NCBI GenBank assembly: GCA_050949315.1
Contig: JBMNFL010000001.1
Coordinates: 642,043-706,042, forward strand
Source: Bacilli bacterium
Lineage (GTDB): Bacteria > Bacillota_I > Bacilli_A > RFN20 > UBA1709
Length of the DNA: 64,000 bases
Direction: 5' to 3'
Shown: one piece after another, positions 16,968 to 27,025 of the stretch
Numbering within the stretch: the stretch's first letter is position 1
Layout: every line of letters begins with the position of its first letter
Notes under the pieces: model-generated
Databases searched by the model: none
What the model was told of the DNA's origin: nothing
What the model saw: only the letters and a program-made list of their open reading frames with translations
Position numbers and translations under genes: made by a program

Positions 16968-18093
16968 TATCACTAATTTTTTTAATATAACATCTTCTTC
17001 TTTTGAAAGTCTGCGGTTGCATATACTTCCATTGAGCCTGAACATCGTGATTGAGTTCTAATTGAGGACCTGTTTCGGCAAACTCAATATTATGACGGAT
17101 TGCATTGGTAAGTATGTAGTCAATCAAAATGGCATTTACGCCTTTTTTCTGATAATCAGGATGAACCGCTACCAATAAACTCTCTAATGATTTGCTCTTC
17201 TTTAGAGATCTTAAAACCCGCGCCCAACCGGTCGGGAACAAACGCCCTCGGGTCTTTTTTAAAGCCTCACCCATTGACATGGCTAATACACCAAAGGCAA
17301 TAAGATTCTCTTCTTCATCCATGACAAAGCAAACAAAATCAGGATTAATTAAAGGACTGAATTTTTTGGCATACATGTTGATCTGCTCTTCAGTTAACTC
17401 AATGGTGCTATAAAGTTTGCTATAACAAATATTAACTAGATTAAAGAATTTTTTGACATAACTAGGATACTCTGACTGCTTATTGAGCTTAGCAATATGG
17501 AGATTATTATGCTTTAAAGAAAATTCAGCAACACGACGATATTGATCCTGAACCTCTTCCGCATCCTTAACATATAATTTGTCTTCTACCCAATCAACAT
17601 CCTTAACATAACCTAATTTGACTAGGTGATCATTGTAATAAGGATAATTATAGTAGGTAAAAAATAGACTCCGCTCCTCAAAGCCTTCAACTAACATCCC
17701 TTCACGATCTAAATCCGTGAAACCCAAGGGACCATGGACTTCATTGCAGCCCTTCTCAAGAGCATAATCTTCAACTGCCTTAAACAAGGCCTTAGAAACC
17801 TCAAAATCATCAATAAAATCCACTTGGGAGAAGCGCATGCGTTTGGTATTCCATTTTTCATTGGAAGCATGCGAAAGAATAGCCCCAATACGGCCAACAC
17901 ATTCGCCATCTTTATAGGCTAAAAAGGCCTTACGTTCACAGTAGGCTAGAGCTGGATTTTTAGGACCCCAATCAGCTAAATCATCGCCATAAAAACTAGG
18001 TACGAATTGTGGAACATCTTGATACATGATGTTAGCAAAGTCCACAAAACGCTTACGCTCTTTTCGAGTTTTTACTTCTTTAATTTCAACCAT
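16963..18093 (-). CDS. Large GNAT-fold (acyl-CoA N-acyltransferase superfamily) protein, ~376 aa, function unknown
   Basis: C-terminal region LLVAVHPDYQKKGVNAILIDYIL is GNAT-like. RBS AAAGGAAAT. Confidence 0.5.
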   Translation of the reverse strand: MVEIKEVKTRKERKRFVDFANIMYQDVPQFVPSFYGDDLADWGPKNPALAYCERKAFLAYKDGECVGRIGAILSHASNEKWNTKRMRFSQVDFIDDFEVSKALFKAVEDYALEKGCNEVHGPLGFTDLDREGMLVEGFEERSLFFTYYNYPYYNDHLVKLGYVKDVDWVEDKLYVKDAEEVQDQYRRVAEFSLKHNNLHIAKLNKQSEYPSYVKKFFNLVNICYSKLYSTIELTEEQINMYAKKFSPLINPDFVCFVMDEEENLIAFGVLAMSMGEALKKTRGRLFPTGWARVLRSLKKSKSLESLLVAVHPDYQKKGVNAILIDYILTNAIRHNIEFAETGPQLELNHDVQAQWKYMQPQTFKRRRCYIKKISDK

Positions 18094-18106
18094 AACTTAT
18101 TTCCTT

Positions 18107-18931
18107 TTAATCTTCCTTGTGTGGAATTTTATTCATCAAAAAGTAACCGCCTATTAAACCGAAAGCAAACAAAAGTAGAGCCCATAGCCACTCAATACCT
18201 TGTGGTGCTTCCTTGAAAAGCACAAAAACTGAGGCTATAACAAAACCTATAATAACACAATAAACAATTTCTGGAAACTTTTTTAAACAATAATTAACGA
18301 TTTTTGCTAGCATTAGCGCGCCAATTAACACCGTTAAAACAAGCGGAAGTAAGAATAGGACATCTAAATTAGCAATGGCTTTTGTCACTTCTTCATAAAG
18401 ACCATAAACATATAAAACATGGAAAGTGCTAATCCCTGGTAAAACAATAGAAACACAAACACTAAAACCAACGATGATTAAAAAGAGAACATCAATAAAC
18501 TTTATTTCCGCTCCACTGAGCACAGAAGTGTTCCCTTCTGGTAAAAAAGTGATACCAATAACAATGCCGGTGCCAATAAGAATAGCGAGAATATGTTTCC
18601 AATTGAAATGTTTTATTTTAGCCTGACGAGCAACTACTGGTAACCCGGCGAGAATTAAACCCGCAAACAAGAAAACAATAATTACCGCATGTTGCTCTAA
18701 AATTGCTCCCATTAAATTAGAGGATATAAAGAAACCAGGTAAAGTTCCCAAGATAAAAGATAGCAAAAAAAGGAAATTTCTTTTGAAATCTTTAAAAATA
18801 TTACTGGCTGCTTCAACTAGGGAGGTATAGATTCCCAAAATAACCGCTATCGTTCCACCACTTAAACCTGGAACAATCATCAAAGTCCCAATGATGAAGC
18901 CCTTAAAAAAAGCAAGAAGGTACCGTTTCAT
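18107..18931 (-). CDS. DUF368 family membrane protein (PopT-like putative undecaprenyl-phosphate translocase)
   Basis: GIYTSLVEA.. and IVPGLSGGTIAVILG motif. Multiple TM helices. 274 aa. Confidence 0.65.
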   Translation of the reverse strand: MKRYLLAFFKGFIIGTLMIVPGLSGGTIAVILGIYTSLVEAASNIFKDFKRNFLFLLSFILGTLPGFFISSNLMGAILEQHAVIIVFLFAGLILAGLPVVARQAKIKHFNWKHILAILIGTGIVIGITFLPEGNTSVLSGAEIKFIDVLFLIIVGFSVCVSIVLPGISTFHVLYVYGLYEEVTKAIANLDVLFLLPLVLTVLIGALMLAKIVNYCLKKFPEIVYCVIIGFVIASVFVLFKEAPQGIEWLWALLLFAFGLIGGYFLMNKIPHKED

Positions 18932-18944
18932 TTATTTGCTCCTA

Positions 18945-20369
18945 TTACTTTTCAATTTCTTCCTTTAGCAATTGACTAACTAGGGCTGGATTAGCTTTTC
19001 CTTGGGACAATTTTAAAACTTGTCCAACTAGGAAGCCCAAGATATTTGTGCGTCCATTTTTATAAGTTTCAATGGCTTGGGGATTTTTTTCTAAAACTTC
19101 CTTGACCCAGGCCAAAATTTGTTTATCATCACTAATCTGAACCATGTTTTTCTCTTTGGCTAACAATTCAGGATCCTTACCTGTCAAAACTAAATCCTCA
19201 AAAAGTTCTTTAGCCTGTTTAGAAGAGACCTTGCCAACATCTAACATTTTAATTAACTGACCAAGTTGAGCAGGACCAAATTTTAAACTTCCTAAATCAC
19301 TGGTTCCCAGCTTATTTAAAACCGCTTGTACTGAACTAATCATCCAGTTAGCTGCTAACTTTGGTTGCTGACAAACAACTACAACCTCTTCAAAGAAATC
19401 CGAAAAATCTTTGTCAACAACTAAGACTTCGGCATCATAATCATTTAAACCCATTTGACGGTATCTTTCCTTGCGAGCATCCGGTAATTCAGGAAGATTA
19501 TCTTTTATTTTTTTAATCCAATCAGCTGAAAGATGAATGGGGACAATATTGGGCTCGGTAAAATATTTATAATCTACTGCCGAGGTTTTTTTACGCATTA
19601 AAACCGTCTGTTTACTAGTTTCATCAAAACGTCTGGTCTCAGGACTAATTTTCCCACCACTTAATAAAATTTGTTTTTGTCTTTCAACTTCATAATCAAC
19701 CGCTCTGCGAACATTGGCGATGGAGTTAAGGTTTTTTATCTCGGTTTTGACTCCAAACTTTTTGCTACCTTCTGGGCGCAATGAAACATTAACGTCACAA
19801 CGCATTGAGCCCTCTTCCATTTTGACATCACTAACACCTGTATAAAGAAGAATTGAACGCAGTTTTTCTACATAAGCAGCCGCCTCTTCCCCGCTCCTGA
19901 TATCTGGGTGACTGACAATTTCAATTAAAGGAACACCACAACGATTATAATCAATTAAAGTATAGTCATTAAAATGCAGTTGCTTGGCGGTGTCTTCTTC
20001 CATATGTAGTCTTTCAATTCTGATTGTTTTTTTCTGGCCACCAATTGTAATTTCTAAGCTACCATCACGACCTATTGGTCTTTGTTGTTGAGTAATTTGA
20101 TAACCCTTTGGTAAATCGGAATAAAAGTAGTTCTTGCGATCAAAAATTAAAGTATCATCAATTGTTAGACCTAAGGCTGTTGAAGCCATGATGGCGTATT
20201 CTACTGCTTTTTTATTAACCGTTGGTAAAGTACCAGGAAAGGCCATATCAACTGGTGAAACCTGGGTATTTGGTTGGGCGGCAAAAGAATTGGGCGCTGA
20301 TGAAAACATTTTGGTTTTGGTTTTCAATTCACAGTGTATCTCAATACCGATTATTGTTTCATAATTCAT
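18945..20369 (-). CDS. gatB: Asp-tRNA(Asn)/Glu-tRNA(Gln) amidotransferase subunit B
   Basis: MNYETIIGIEIHCEL.., GatB/YqeY C-terminal domain. Confidence 0.93.
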   Translation of the reverse strand: MNYETIIGIEIHCELKTKTKMFSSAPNSFAAQPNTQVSPVDMAFPGTLPTVNKKAVEYAIMASTALGLTIDDTLIFDRKNYFYSDLPKGYQITQQQRPIGRDGSLEITIGGQKKTIRIERLHMEEDTAKQLHFNDYTLIDYNRCGVPLIEIVSHPDIRSGEEAAAYVEKLRSILLYTGVSDVKMEEGSMRCDVNVSLRPEGSKKFGVKTEIKNLNSIANVRRAVDYEVERQKQILLSGGKISPETRRFDETSKQTVLMRKKTSAVDYKYFTEPNIVPIHLSADWIKKIKDNLPELPDARKERYRQMGLNDYDAEVLVVDKDFSDFFEEVVVVCQQPKLAANWMISSVQAVLNKLGTSDLGSLKFGPAQLGQLIKMLDVGKVSSKQAKELFEDLVLTGKDPELLAKEKNMVQISDDKQILAWVKEVLEKNPQAIETYKNGRTNILGFLVGQVLKLSQGKANPALVSQLLKEEIEK

Positions 20370-21832
20370 TACTCTCCACCTCTTTTAGCGATTTGACCTT
20401 TATAACGTGCTAATAAGGTTTCAATTCCTAAACTGATATTAAGCACTTCTTGTTCCTCAAAGGCTTTTCCCATAATATTGACTCCTACTGGTAAGCCATC
20501 AACAAAACCAGAAGGTAAAGTTAAACTAGGAAGTCCCGCAAAATTACCGATAGCTAAATGATTTTCGCCAATTAGATAAGCCACCGATAACTTTTCATCA
20601 TTCTTTTCGGTAAATTTAGGAGCAATAGAGCCAGTAGCCGGCAAAAAAATCGCTTCACATTTAGCCAAAATTCTTTGAACTTCATTGACAATTAAACGCC
20701 TGATTTTTTGAGCTCTTAACAATAATTCTTTTTGATTCTCCTTGGCCAAACAATAACCCCCAAATACGAAACGCCGCTTTACTAATTCACTAAAGCCGAC
20801 TGTCCTTGTTTTGATAATACTATCTAAAAAATCCGTACCTTTTTCTCTTGGGCCAAACTTTATACCATCAAGATTGGCGTTATTTGAAGTAGCCTCTGAA
20901 CTAGAAATAACCATATAAATAGGATAAATAGCCTTTAATAAACGCATGTCAATATCTTCTTCAATAATTTCAACACCCGCTTCTTTTAATTTTAACAAAA
21001 CTTGCTCAAAATTAGTCCGAACCAAGGGGTTGCCTAAAGATTCGTTGATAGACTTAATAATTGCTAACTTTTTTCCTTTTAATTCGGGATTGAGTTTTTC
21101 AACATATTGTTCTACTGGTTTAATTGAACAAGTCATATCTTTAGGATCCTTACCCGCCAAATTTTCTAAAAGATAAGCGGCATCCTTTACTGTGCGCGTA
21201 AAATAAGCAACATGATCTAATGAGGTTGCAAAGGGGAAAAGGCCGAAGCGACTAATACGCCCCCAACTGGGTTTAAAGCCCACACAACCACAATATGCCG
21301 CTGGTTTTCTAACAGAATCGCCTGTATCGCTACCAATTGCGAAAGGAACAATCCCAGCACTAACAGCCGCAGCGCTACCAGCACTGCTACCACCAGATAT
21401 CCGCTCTATAGCCCAAGGATTTTTAACAACTCCTGTGTTGCCATTTGTTCCTGTTCCCCCCAAGCCCAATTCATCCAAAACAGTTTTACCAATAGAAACC
21501 GCACCCGCCTCTTTGAGTTTCTTTACTACTGTAGCATCATAAACGGGATAGTAATCTTTTAAAATATTAGAAGAACCTGTGCTCAATTCTCCTTTAACTG
21601 AATAATTATCTTTCATGGCATAAGGAATACCAAAAAGGGGATTAGTAATTTCCTTGCCATCTAAATTTTGGGCTTCCTTAAGCGCTTGAATACGAAAACT
21701 AACAAAGGCATTTAAATCTTTTTGATATTTCTGTGCTCGGTCATAGGCTTCGCTTACTAATTCTGATGGTAAGACTTGTTTAGCTACTAAGGCTTTATGT
21801 ATCTCTTCTATTGACAAGTCTAGATAACTCAT
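20369..21832 (-). CDS. gatA: Glutamyl-tRNA(Gln) amidotransferase subunit A (amidase signature)
   Basis: GGSSAGSAAAVSAG amidase signature. 487 aa. Confidence 0.93.
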   Translation of the reverse strand: MSYLDLSIEEIHKALVAKQVLPSELVSEAYDRAQKYQKDLNAFVSFRIQALKEAQNLDGKEITNPLFGIPYAMKDNYSVKGELSTGSSNILKDYYPVYDATVVKKLKEAGAVSIGKTVLDELGLGGTGTNGNTGVVKNPWAIERISGGSSAGSAAAVSAGIVPFAIGSDTGDSVRKPAAYCGCVGFKPSWGRISRFGLFPFATSLDHVAYFTRTVKDAAYLLENLAGKDPKDMTCSIKPVEQYVEKLNPELKGKKLAIIKSINESLGNPLVRTNFEQVLLKLKEAGVEIIEEDIDMRLLKAIYPIYMVISSSEATSNNANLDGIKFGPREKGTDFLDSIIKTRTVGFSELVKRRFVFGGYCLAKENQKELLLRAQKIRRLIVNEVQRILAKCEAIFLPATGSIAPKFTEKNDEKLSVAYLIGENHLAIGNFAGLPSLTLPSGFVDGLPVGVNIMGKAFEEQEVLNISLGIETLLARYKGQIAKRGGE

Positions 21833-21833
21833 T

Positions 21834-22127
21834 CTAGCCCACCACCTTTTGGACCTTAACCATGTCCATCATGCTTTCCTTGGCGTTTTTCAAAACCTCG
21901 TCAACACTTAAACATTTCTCAACCTCATCTTCACGTAGTCCACAGTTTTCATTCTCAATAGGAAAAACCAAGGGTTCAACTTGATCAAGATTTTCAATCG
22001 CTCCCAATAATTTCATCTGTTCTAAAATAAGTGTAAATTCTTGTTGTAAAGTTAAATATTGCTCTTCACTCATGGTAAAAAGGAGACTTTTTGTTATTTT
22101 CTTTAATTCTTCAATGGTTAGCACCAT
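21834..22127 (-). CDS. gatC: Glutamyl-tRNA(Gln) amidotransferase subunit C
   Basis: 97 aa, position in gatCAB operon. Confidence 0.85.
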   Translation of the reverse strand: MVLTIEELKKITKSLLFTMSEEQYLTLQQEFTLILEQMKLLGAIENLDQVEPLVFPIENENCGLREDEVEKCLSVDEVLKNAKESMMDMVKVQKVVG

Positions 22128-22163
22128 TACATCAACTCCTTAATCTTTTCTATTTTACCACTT

Positions 22164-22205
22164 TAACCTTGCAGGCTTCAACTAAGCTTGTTAAGGTTTT
22201 TTATG
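22164..22205 (+). terminator. Strong plus-strand intrinsic terminator-like hairpin (13-bp interrupted stem + TTTTTTATGTTTT) with no upstream plus-strand gene
   Basis: aacctt-gcaggctt-caact-aagcttg-ttaaggtt then U-run. Confidence 0.4.
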
Positions 22206-22213
22206 TTTTCTTG

Positions 22214-22242
22214 TTGGTTGTCAATTTAAAATAATGTATAAT
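22214..22242 (+). promoter_or_regulatory. Promoter with extended -10 (TTGGTT -17- TGTATAAT)
   Basis: TGTATAAT 22235-22242. RBS GAGGTG 22255-22260. Confidence 0.45.
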
Positions 22243-22268
22243 AATAACACCACGAGGTGAAACACATT

Positions 22269-22748
22269 ATGGTTACTATGCGTTCAAAAAAAGATATAGG
22301 TACTATATTCATTTATTTTTTAATTGTTATTTTAGGTTGCTGTGTCCTGATACTTGGTCTTAGTAAACTGAGAATTGCCGAGGGCTGGTATGAATATACG
22401 GAGGGCGCTTTCTTTAGTTTAATTGGAATCGCCACTCCTTTAGCTATGCTTTATGCTTTGCTTAGAACTAAATATGTTTTTAATGAAAAAGAATTAGAAT
22501 TAAAGTCTGGACTCTTTAAAGTCACTCTTGCTTACGCCGATATCTTCGTTATTAAAGATTCAAGGCGTTTTTTCGCCCTTTATTCTCTATCTAGCGATCG
22601 TTTTGAAATAACTTTTAAAGACAAAAATAACGCTTCTAAACCTTGGGGCCATTATTACGTGTCGCCTGTTGATAAAAACGAGTTTATTAAAGAATTACGT
22701 AAACACTGCAAACATGTAAAGGTTGTTCGTGCACCTGGTATGGAATAA
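22269..22748 (+). CDS. Membrane protein with two N-terminal TM helices and a bacterial PH-like (bPH/DUF304-like) domain
   Basis: Likely start is ATG 22269 (MVTMRSKK) 9 nt after GAGGTG. The track start 22257 is GTG inside the RBS. Confidence 0.5.
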   Translation: MVTMRSKKDIGTIFIYFLIVILGCCVLILGLSKLRIAEGWYEYTEGAFFSLIGIATPLAMLYALLRTKYVFNEKELELKSGLFKVTLAYADIFVIKDSRRFFALYSLSSDRFEITFKDKNNASKPWGHYYVSPVDKNEFIKELRKHCKHVKVVRAPGME

Positions 22749-22808
22749 CAAAATTGACAGCTGCTTTGATAGTAAGCACGAACAAAACAGCAATAAGGAA
22801 GGGTAATT

Positions 22809-23630
22809 ATGTATTCTAAAATTGATCAAGCCAGTGACTATTTACGACAAATTATCAAAATAACACCAAGTGTTGTAGTGGTCCTAAGCCACGGACTCAT
22901 TAATTTCTTTAAAGACATTCAAGTAGCGGTAGAAATTAATTTTGCCGACATTCCTAATTTCCCTGTTAGCAAAATAGAAGGCCATGATAATAAACTAACC
23001 TACGGTATTGTTGATAATAAATATGTTTTATTGATGAAAGATCGCTTGCATCGTTATGAGGGCTTTTCCGAGGAAGAATTAGCCTTCCCCTACCGAGTTT
23101 TCGCTAACCTAGGTATTAAAAACATCATTCTAACCAATGGTGTTGGGGCTATTAATGAAGATCTCAAGGTTGGAGATATTGTTTTGATTCGCGATCATAT
23201 CTCCTTCTTTGCTCCAAACATTTTGAAAGGCGATAACTACAGTCGCTTTGGCCATCAATTCCCCGATATGACCAATGTCTATACGACCGCGATGCGTAAT
23301 CGGGTCTTGTTATCAGCTCAAGCCATCGGCTTTAATCTTAAAGAATGTGTTTACTGCTTCTTGCCAGGTCCCAACTATGAGAGCCCTAGTGAAATGCGGG
23401 CTTTAAAAGTTATGGGGGCCGATGTTGTGGGAATGGCTATTGTACCTGAGGCCATTGTTTGCTGCCACGCTGGAATGAATATTGCTGGCGTTTGTCTGGT
23501 AACTAATAAAGCCGCGGGACATACCACTCGTCCCTTAACTAATCGAGAAATTATAAGAGCTAGTACCAGATGTAAAGACGATGTCGAAATGTTGGTTCGC
23601 GCTATTCTTAAAGACATACCAAAAGGCTAA
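22809..23630 (+). CDS. punA: Purine nucleoside phosphorylase (PunA-type, PNP/MTAP family)
   Basis: Matches B. subtilis PunA along its length: PVSKIEGH, RLHRYEGFS, ILTNGVGA, RDHISF, VGMAIVPEAIV. Confidence 0.85.
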   Translation: MYSKIDQASDYLRQIIKITPSVVVVLSHGLINFFKDIQVAVEINFADIPNFPVSKIEGHDNKLTYGIVDNKYVLLMKDRLHRYEGFSEEELAFPYRVFANLGIKNIILTNGVGAINEDLKVGDIVLIRDHISFFAPNILKGDNYSRFGHQFPDMTNVYTTAMRNRVLLSAQAIGFNLKECVYCFLPGPNYESPSEMRALKVMGADVVGMAIVPEAIVCCHAGMNIAGVCLVTNKAAGHTTRPLTNREIIRASTRCKDDVEMLVRAILKDIPKG

Positions 23631-23633
23631 GGT

Positions 23634-25025
23634 TTAAACCCTAGCCTTTTTTCTTAAACTTTCATCAATTGCTTTCGCCGCTTTCTTTCCGGCCCCCATG
23701 GCTAGAATAATAGTTGCGGCTCCACTGACGACATCACCACCGGCATAGACCCCTTCACGACTGGTCATGCCTTTTTCGTCAACAATAATACCTCCCCATT
23801 TTTCACTTTTTAAACCTTCCGTTGTTTGAGCAATAAGCGGATTAGGATTATTACCAATAGCTACCACCACCGTATCTACTGGGATAATATGTTCACTACC
23901 TAGAATAGGTACTGGTGAAGGTCGACCACTAGCATCAACTTCTCCTAGTTGCATTTTAACGACCTTAATTCCCGTTACACGCCCTTCTTTGTTGGCTAGA
24001 ATCTCTACGGTATTGGTTAAAAGTTCAAACTGAACTCCCTCTTCTAAGGCGTGTTCAACTTCTTCAACCCGGGCTGGCATTTCCTTGCGACCCCGACGAT
24101 AGATAACGTAGACTTCCTCTACTCCTAAACGCAGGGCACTTCTAGCGGCATCCATCGCCACATTCCCGCCACCCAAAACAGCGACTCTTTTGCCAACTCT
24201 TATCGGGGTATCATATTCAGGAAATTTATAAGCTTTCATCAAATTAATCCTTGTTAAAAATTCATTGGCTGAATAAACTCCTAAAGAATCTTCACCAGGA
24301 ACTCCCTGCCATTTGGGTAAGCCTGCTCCCGTTCCTACATAAACGGCTTGAAACCCTTCTTTTAATAATTCATCTATGCTTATACTGCGACCAACTACGA
24401 CATTAGTGATTATCTTAACGCCTAAAGCGCGAATTTTCGCAATTTCGGCTTCAACTAAAACTTTAGGCAATCTAAATTCAGGAATACCATAAACTAGAAC
24501 GCCTCCCGCCGTATGCAGCGCTTCAAATATCGTAACATCATAACCCCTTTTCGCTAGTTCACCTGCACAGGTAAGGCCTGAGGGTCCCGATCCAACAATT
24601 GCCACTTTTTTGCCGTTACTCTTCTCTTTAATAACTTTGTCTTCTCTGTTTAAAGTGTAATCAGCCACAAATCTTTCTAAATAGCCTATTGCTACTGCTT
24701 CACCCTTTAAGCCACGGACACATTTAGCTTCACATTGGCTTTCTTGGGGACAAACACGACCGCAAATAGCGGGCAAAGAATTGTTCTCTTTGATAATATT
24801 GGCCGCTTCAACAAAATCCCCCTGCTTAATCTTGTTAATAAAGCTAGGGATATTAACCGCCACTGGACAGCCCTCTACACAACGCGGATTCTTACAATCC
24901 AAACAACGCATGGATTCGTCTATCGCCATCTCTTTAGTGTAACCTAAAGCCACCTCTTCAAAATTCTTTTTCCGCTTTTCGGCTTCTTGACTTGGCATGG
25001 GGTTTTTAGTTAAACGCTTATTCAT
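23634..25025 (-). CDS. nfnB: NADH-dependent reduced ferredoxin:NADP oxidoreductase subunit B (GltD-like, 2x[4Fe-4S]+FAD)
   Basis: CLDCKNPRCVEGCPV, CGRVCPQESQCEAKC, GSGPSGLTCAGELAKRG dinucleotide fold. 463 aa. Confidence 0.8.
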   Translation of the reverse strand: MNKRLTKNPMPSQEAEKRKKNFEEVALGYTKEMAIDESMRCLDCKNPRCVEGCPVAVNIPSFINKIKQGDFVEAANIIKENNSLPAICGRVCPQESQCEAKCVRGLKGEAVAIGYLERFVADYTLNREDKVIKEKSNGKKVAIVGSGPSGLTCAGELAKRGYDVTIFEALHTAGGVLVYGIPEFRLPKVLVEAEIAKIRALGVKIITNVVVGRSISIDELLKEGFQAVYVGTGAGLPKWQGVPGEDSLGVYSANEFLTRINLMKAYKFPEYDTPIRVGKRVAVLGGGNVAMDAARSALRLGVEEVYVIYRRGRKEMPARVEEVEHALEEGVQFELLTNTVEILANKEGRVTGIKVVKMQLGEVDASGRPSPVPILGSEHIIPVDTVVVAIGNNPNPLIAQTTEGLKSEKWGGIIVDEKGMTSREGVYAGGDVVSGAATIILAMGAGKKAAKAIDESLRKKARV

Positions 25026-25865
25026 TTATTCTCCCTCCCCACCTAGGCGACAGATCGTCTTTTTATCAGCGATGGCCTCTTCTTCTTGATACATTTTATT
25101 ACGCGCGATGGCCTCTAAAAAATCAACCTGATGACCATCAAATTCTGGGCCATCAACACAGGCAAATTTAACTTTACCATTAACTTTAATTCGACAGCTT
25201 CCACACATCCCTGTTCCATCAACCATTATGGAATTCATAGAAACAACGGTTTTAATTTTATGATTTCTAGTAATATCACTAACAACTTTCATCATCATTA
25301 AAGGACCGATGGCAATAACAACATCATAAGTCTTTGTTGATAATTTTTCTTGCAAGGCATCCGTAACTAAACCTTGATTACCGTTACTACCATCGTCGGT
25401 TTTTATCACCAGTGAACTTGAAACTTTTTTAAACTCTTCTTCTAAAATAATTAAATCTTTATTTCTAAAGCCAACTATAACATCAACTTCCGCACCTAAC
25501 TCATGCAAGGCTTTGGCCTGGGGGTAAGCAATCGCTACACCCAAACCACCACCAATAACACAAGCTTTTTGAATGCCCGCAAAGTCTGAGGCCTTTCCTA
25601 AAGGTCCAACAAAATCTAAAAGATGATCGCCCTCTTTTAAACTGTCTAAGCGCTTGGTACTATAACCTACCTTTTGGAATATTATCGTTATCGTGCCTTT
25701 TTTTCGATCATAATCAGCAATTGTTAAAGGAATACGTTCCCCTTTATCATCAATTCTAAGGATGATAAATTGCCCAGCTAAAGATTTTCTAGCGACCAAG
25801 GGGGCTTCTATCACCATTAAAGTAGTGCTTAGATTAAGAACTCTTTTTTCTAAAATCCGATACAT
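25026..25865 (-). CDS. nfnA: NfnA / SudB-like subunit (PyrK-like FAD/NAD-binding with C-terminal [2Fe-2S])
   Basis: C-terminal GMCGSCRIKVNGKVKFACVDGPEF cluster motif. Adjacent to the gltD-like gene. Confidence 0.75.
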   Translation of the reverse strand: MYRILEKRVLNLSTTLMVIEAPLVARKSLAGQFIILRIDDKGERIPLTIADYDRKKGTITIIFQKVGYSTKRLDSLKEGDHLLDFVGPLGKASDFAGIQKACVIGGGLGVAIAYPQAKALHELGAEVDVIVGFRNKDLIILEEEFKKVSSSLVIKTDDGSNGNQGLVTDALQEKLSTKTYDVVIAIGPLMMMKVVSDITRNHKIKTVVSMNSIMVDGTGMCGSCRIKVNGKVKFACVDGPEFDGHQVDFLEAIARNKMYQEEEAIADKKTICRLGGEGE

Positions 25866-25934
25866 AACACCCCTCCTTTAACAATTTCTTTTTGTATTCT
25901 AACATCTAGTTAAGGGTTTTCCAATTAATACGCT

Positions 25935-26519
25935 TTAAATAAAGCTTTCAAGTAAAAAACTTACTGGTCGCACCCCATCATTACAAGAAACGATGGCTTG
26001 GTATGGATTCTTCATCCATTCATCATATATAGCATAGGCCCCAAGATTTAAAAGATAGACAAAGGGCTCAAGATTCATCCAAGCACTAACACAAAAATTA
26101 ACAGGACGCTGACCTGCTAAACTAATAAACTCTTGACCTTTAGTTAACTCACAACTTAATTTGTCCGTTTTCTCATATTTATACGCCAACTCACTTAGTT
26201 CATTTTTCTTAAGAACAGTGATTTTAACCTGACTAACTTTTCTAAATAAATCTATTTTGGCTGTTATTTCTGTGTCCCCTGTTTCTTCATCTACCAAATT
26301 TAATTTAATTTGGCCTTTATACTGTCTTGTTCGTAAACACTCTAGAAGGGCTTTTATCTTCGCTCGAGAAAAAATGTCGCGACCAAACCATAAAGTTAAT
26401 TCGCAAATCTTATCAAATTTCTCTAAGACTTCAATAAAATCCTCATCAAAAAGGATGAACATTTCTTGCTCATTAATTATCCTTTTTAGCAATTCTTCTT
26501 TCGCACAGATATTAATCAT
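25935..26519 (-). CDS. Hypothetical protein (194 aa)
   Basis: ORF with no recognisable motif. 12 nt downstream of the GGCT-like gene. Confidence 0.4.
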   Translation of the reverse strand: MINICAKEELLKRIINEQEMFILFDEDFIEVLEKFDKICELTLWFGRDIFSRAKIKALLECLRTRQYKGQIKLNLVDEETGDTEITAKIDLFRKVSQVKITVLKKNELSELAYKYEKTDKLSCELTKGQEFISLAGQRPVNFCVSAWMNLEPFVYLLNLGAYAIYDEWMKNPYQAIVSCNDGVRPVSFLLESFI

Positions 26520-26530
26520 AAGGTTTCTTC

Positions 26531-26923
26531 CTACTTAATTTTCTCAATAATTTCTTTCCATGCTGTTTGATCTTTTTTCCAACACTGAATCTTTCCTTGA
26601 TAAAAAGAGTTGGGAGGAATTTCTTTATTATAAACATAAACATAAGCCTGATAATCTTTAGTTAAGGTTTTAACCAAGACTTCTTTACGACAATATAAAT
26701 CACCATTATCTTCCAAATAATCCAACCTTTTTAAATCAACATCATTTATCCGGTAGAGTTCACCTAAAATTACGCCTTCCCCCTCAATAATGCCAGGATA
26801 ATTACCAAGATTAAATAATTTATAATTTTCTAAATAGGCAAGGGCAAAAGGATTGCGATTAAGGAAATGATGATTGCGCTCTCTTTGTAATAAAGTTCCA
26901 TAAACAAAAACCAGTTTTAACAT
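26531..26923 (-). CDS. Gamma-glutamylcyclotransferase-like (AIG2/GGCT fold) protein
   Basis: N-terminal VFVYGTLL motif. Confidence 0.6.
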   Translation of the reverse strand: MLKLVFVYGTLLQRERNHHFLNRNPFALAYLENYKLFNLGNYPGIIEGEGVILGELYRINDVDLKRLDYLEDNGDLYCRKEVLVKTLTKDYQAYVYVYNKEIPPNSFYQGKIQCWKKDQTAWKEIIEKIK

Positions 26924-27025
26924 ATTAATACCCCTTTTTTTAAGCCAAAAACATAAACATATAAATCTATAAACTACCGATTATATGAGTACAAATTCCT
27001 ATTATAAAACAATTTAGTTCTTCTA

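Noticed and set aside
25866-25934. Rex (TTGTGAA-N4-TTCACAA) operator upstream of nfnAB
   Set aside because: Only an extended -10 (TGTTAGAAT) is present. No Rex-like palindrome was seen.
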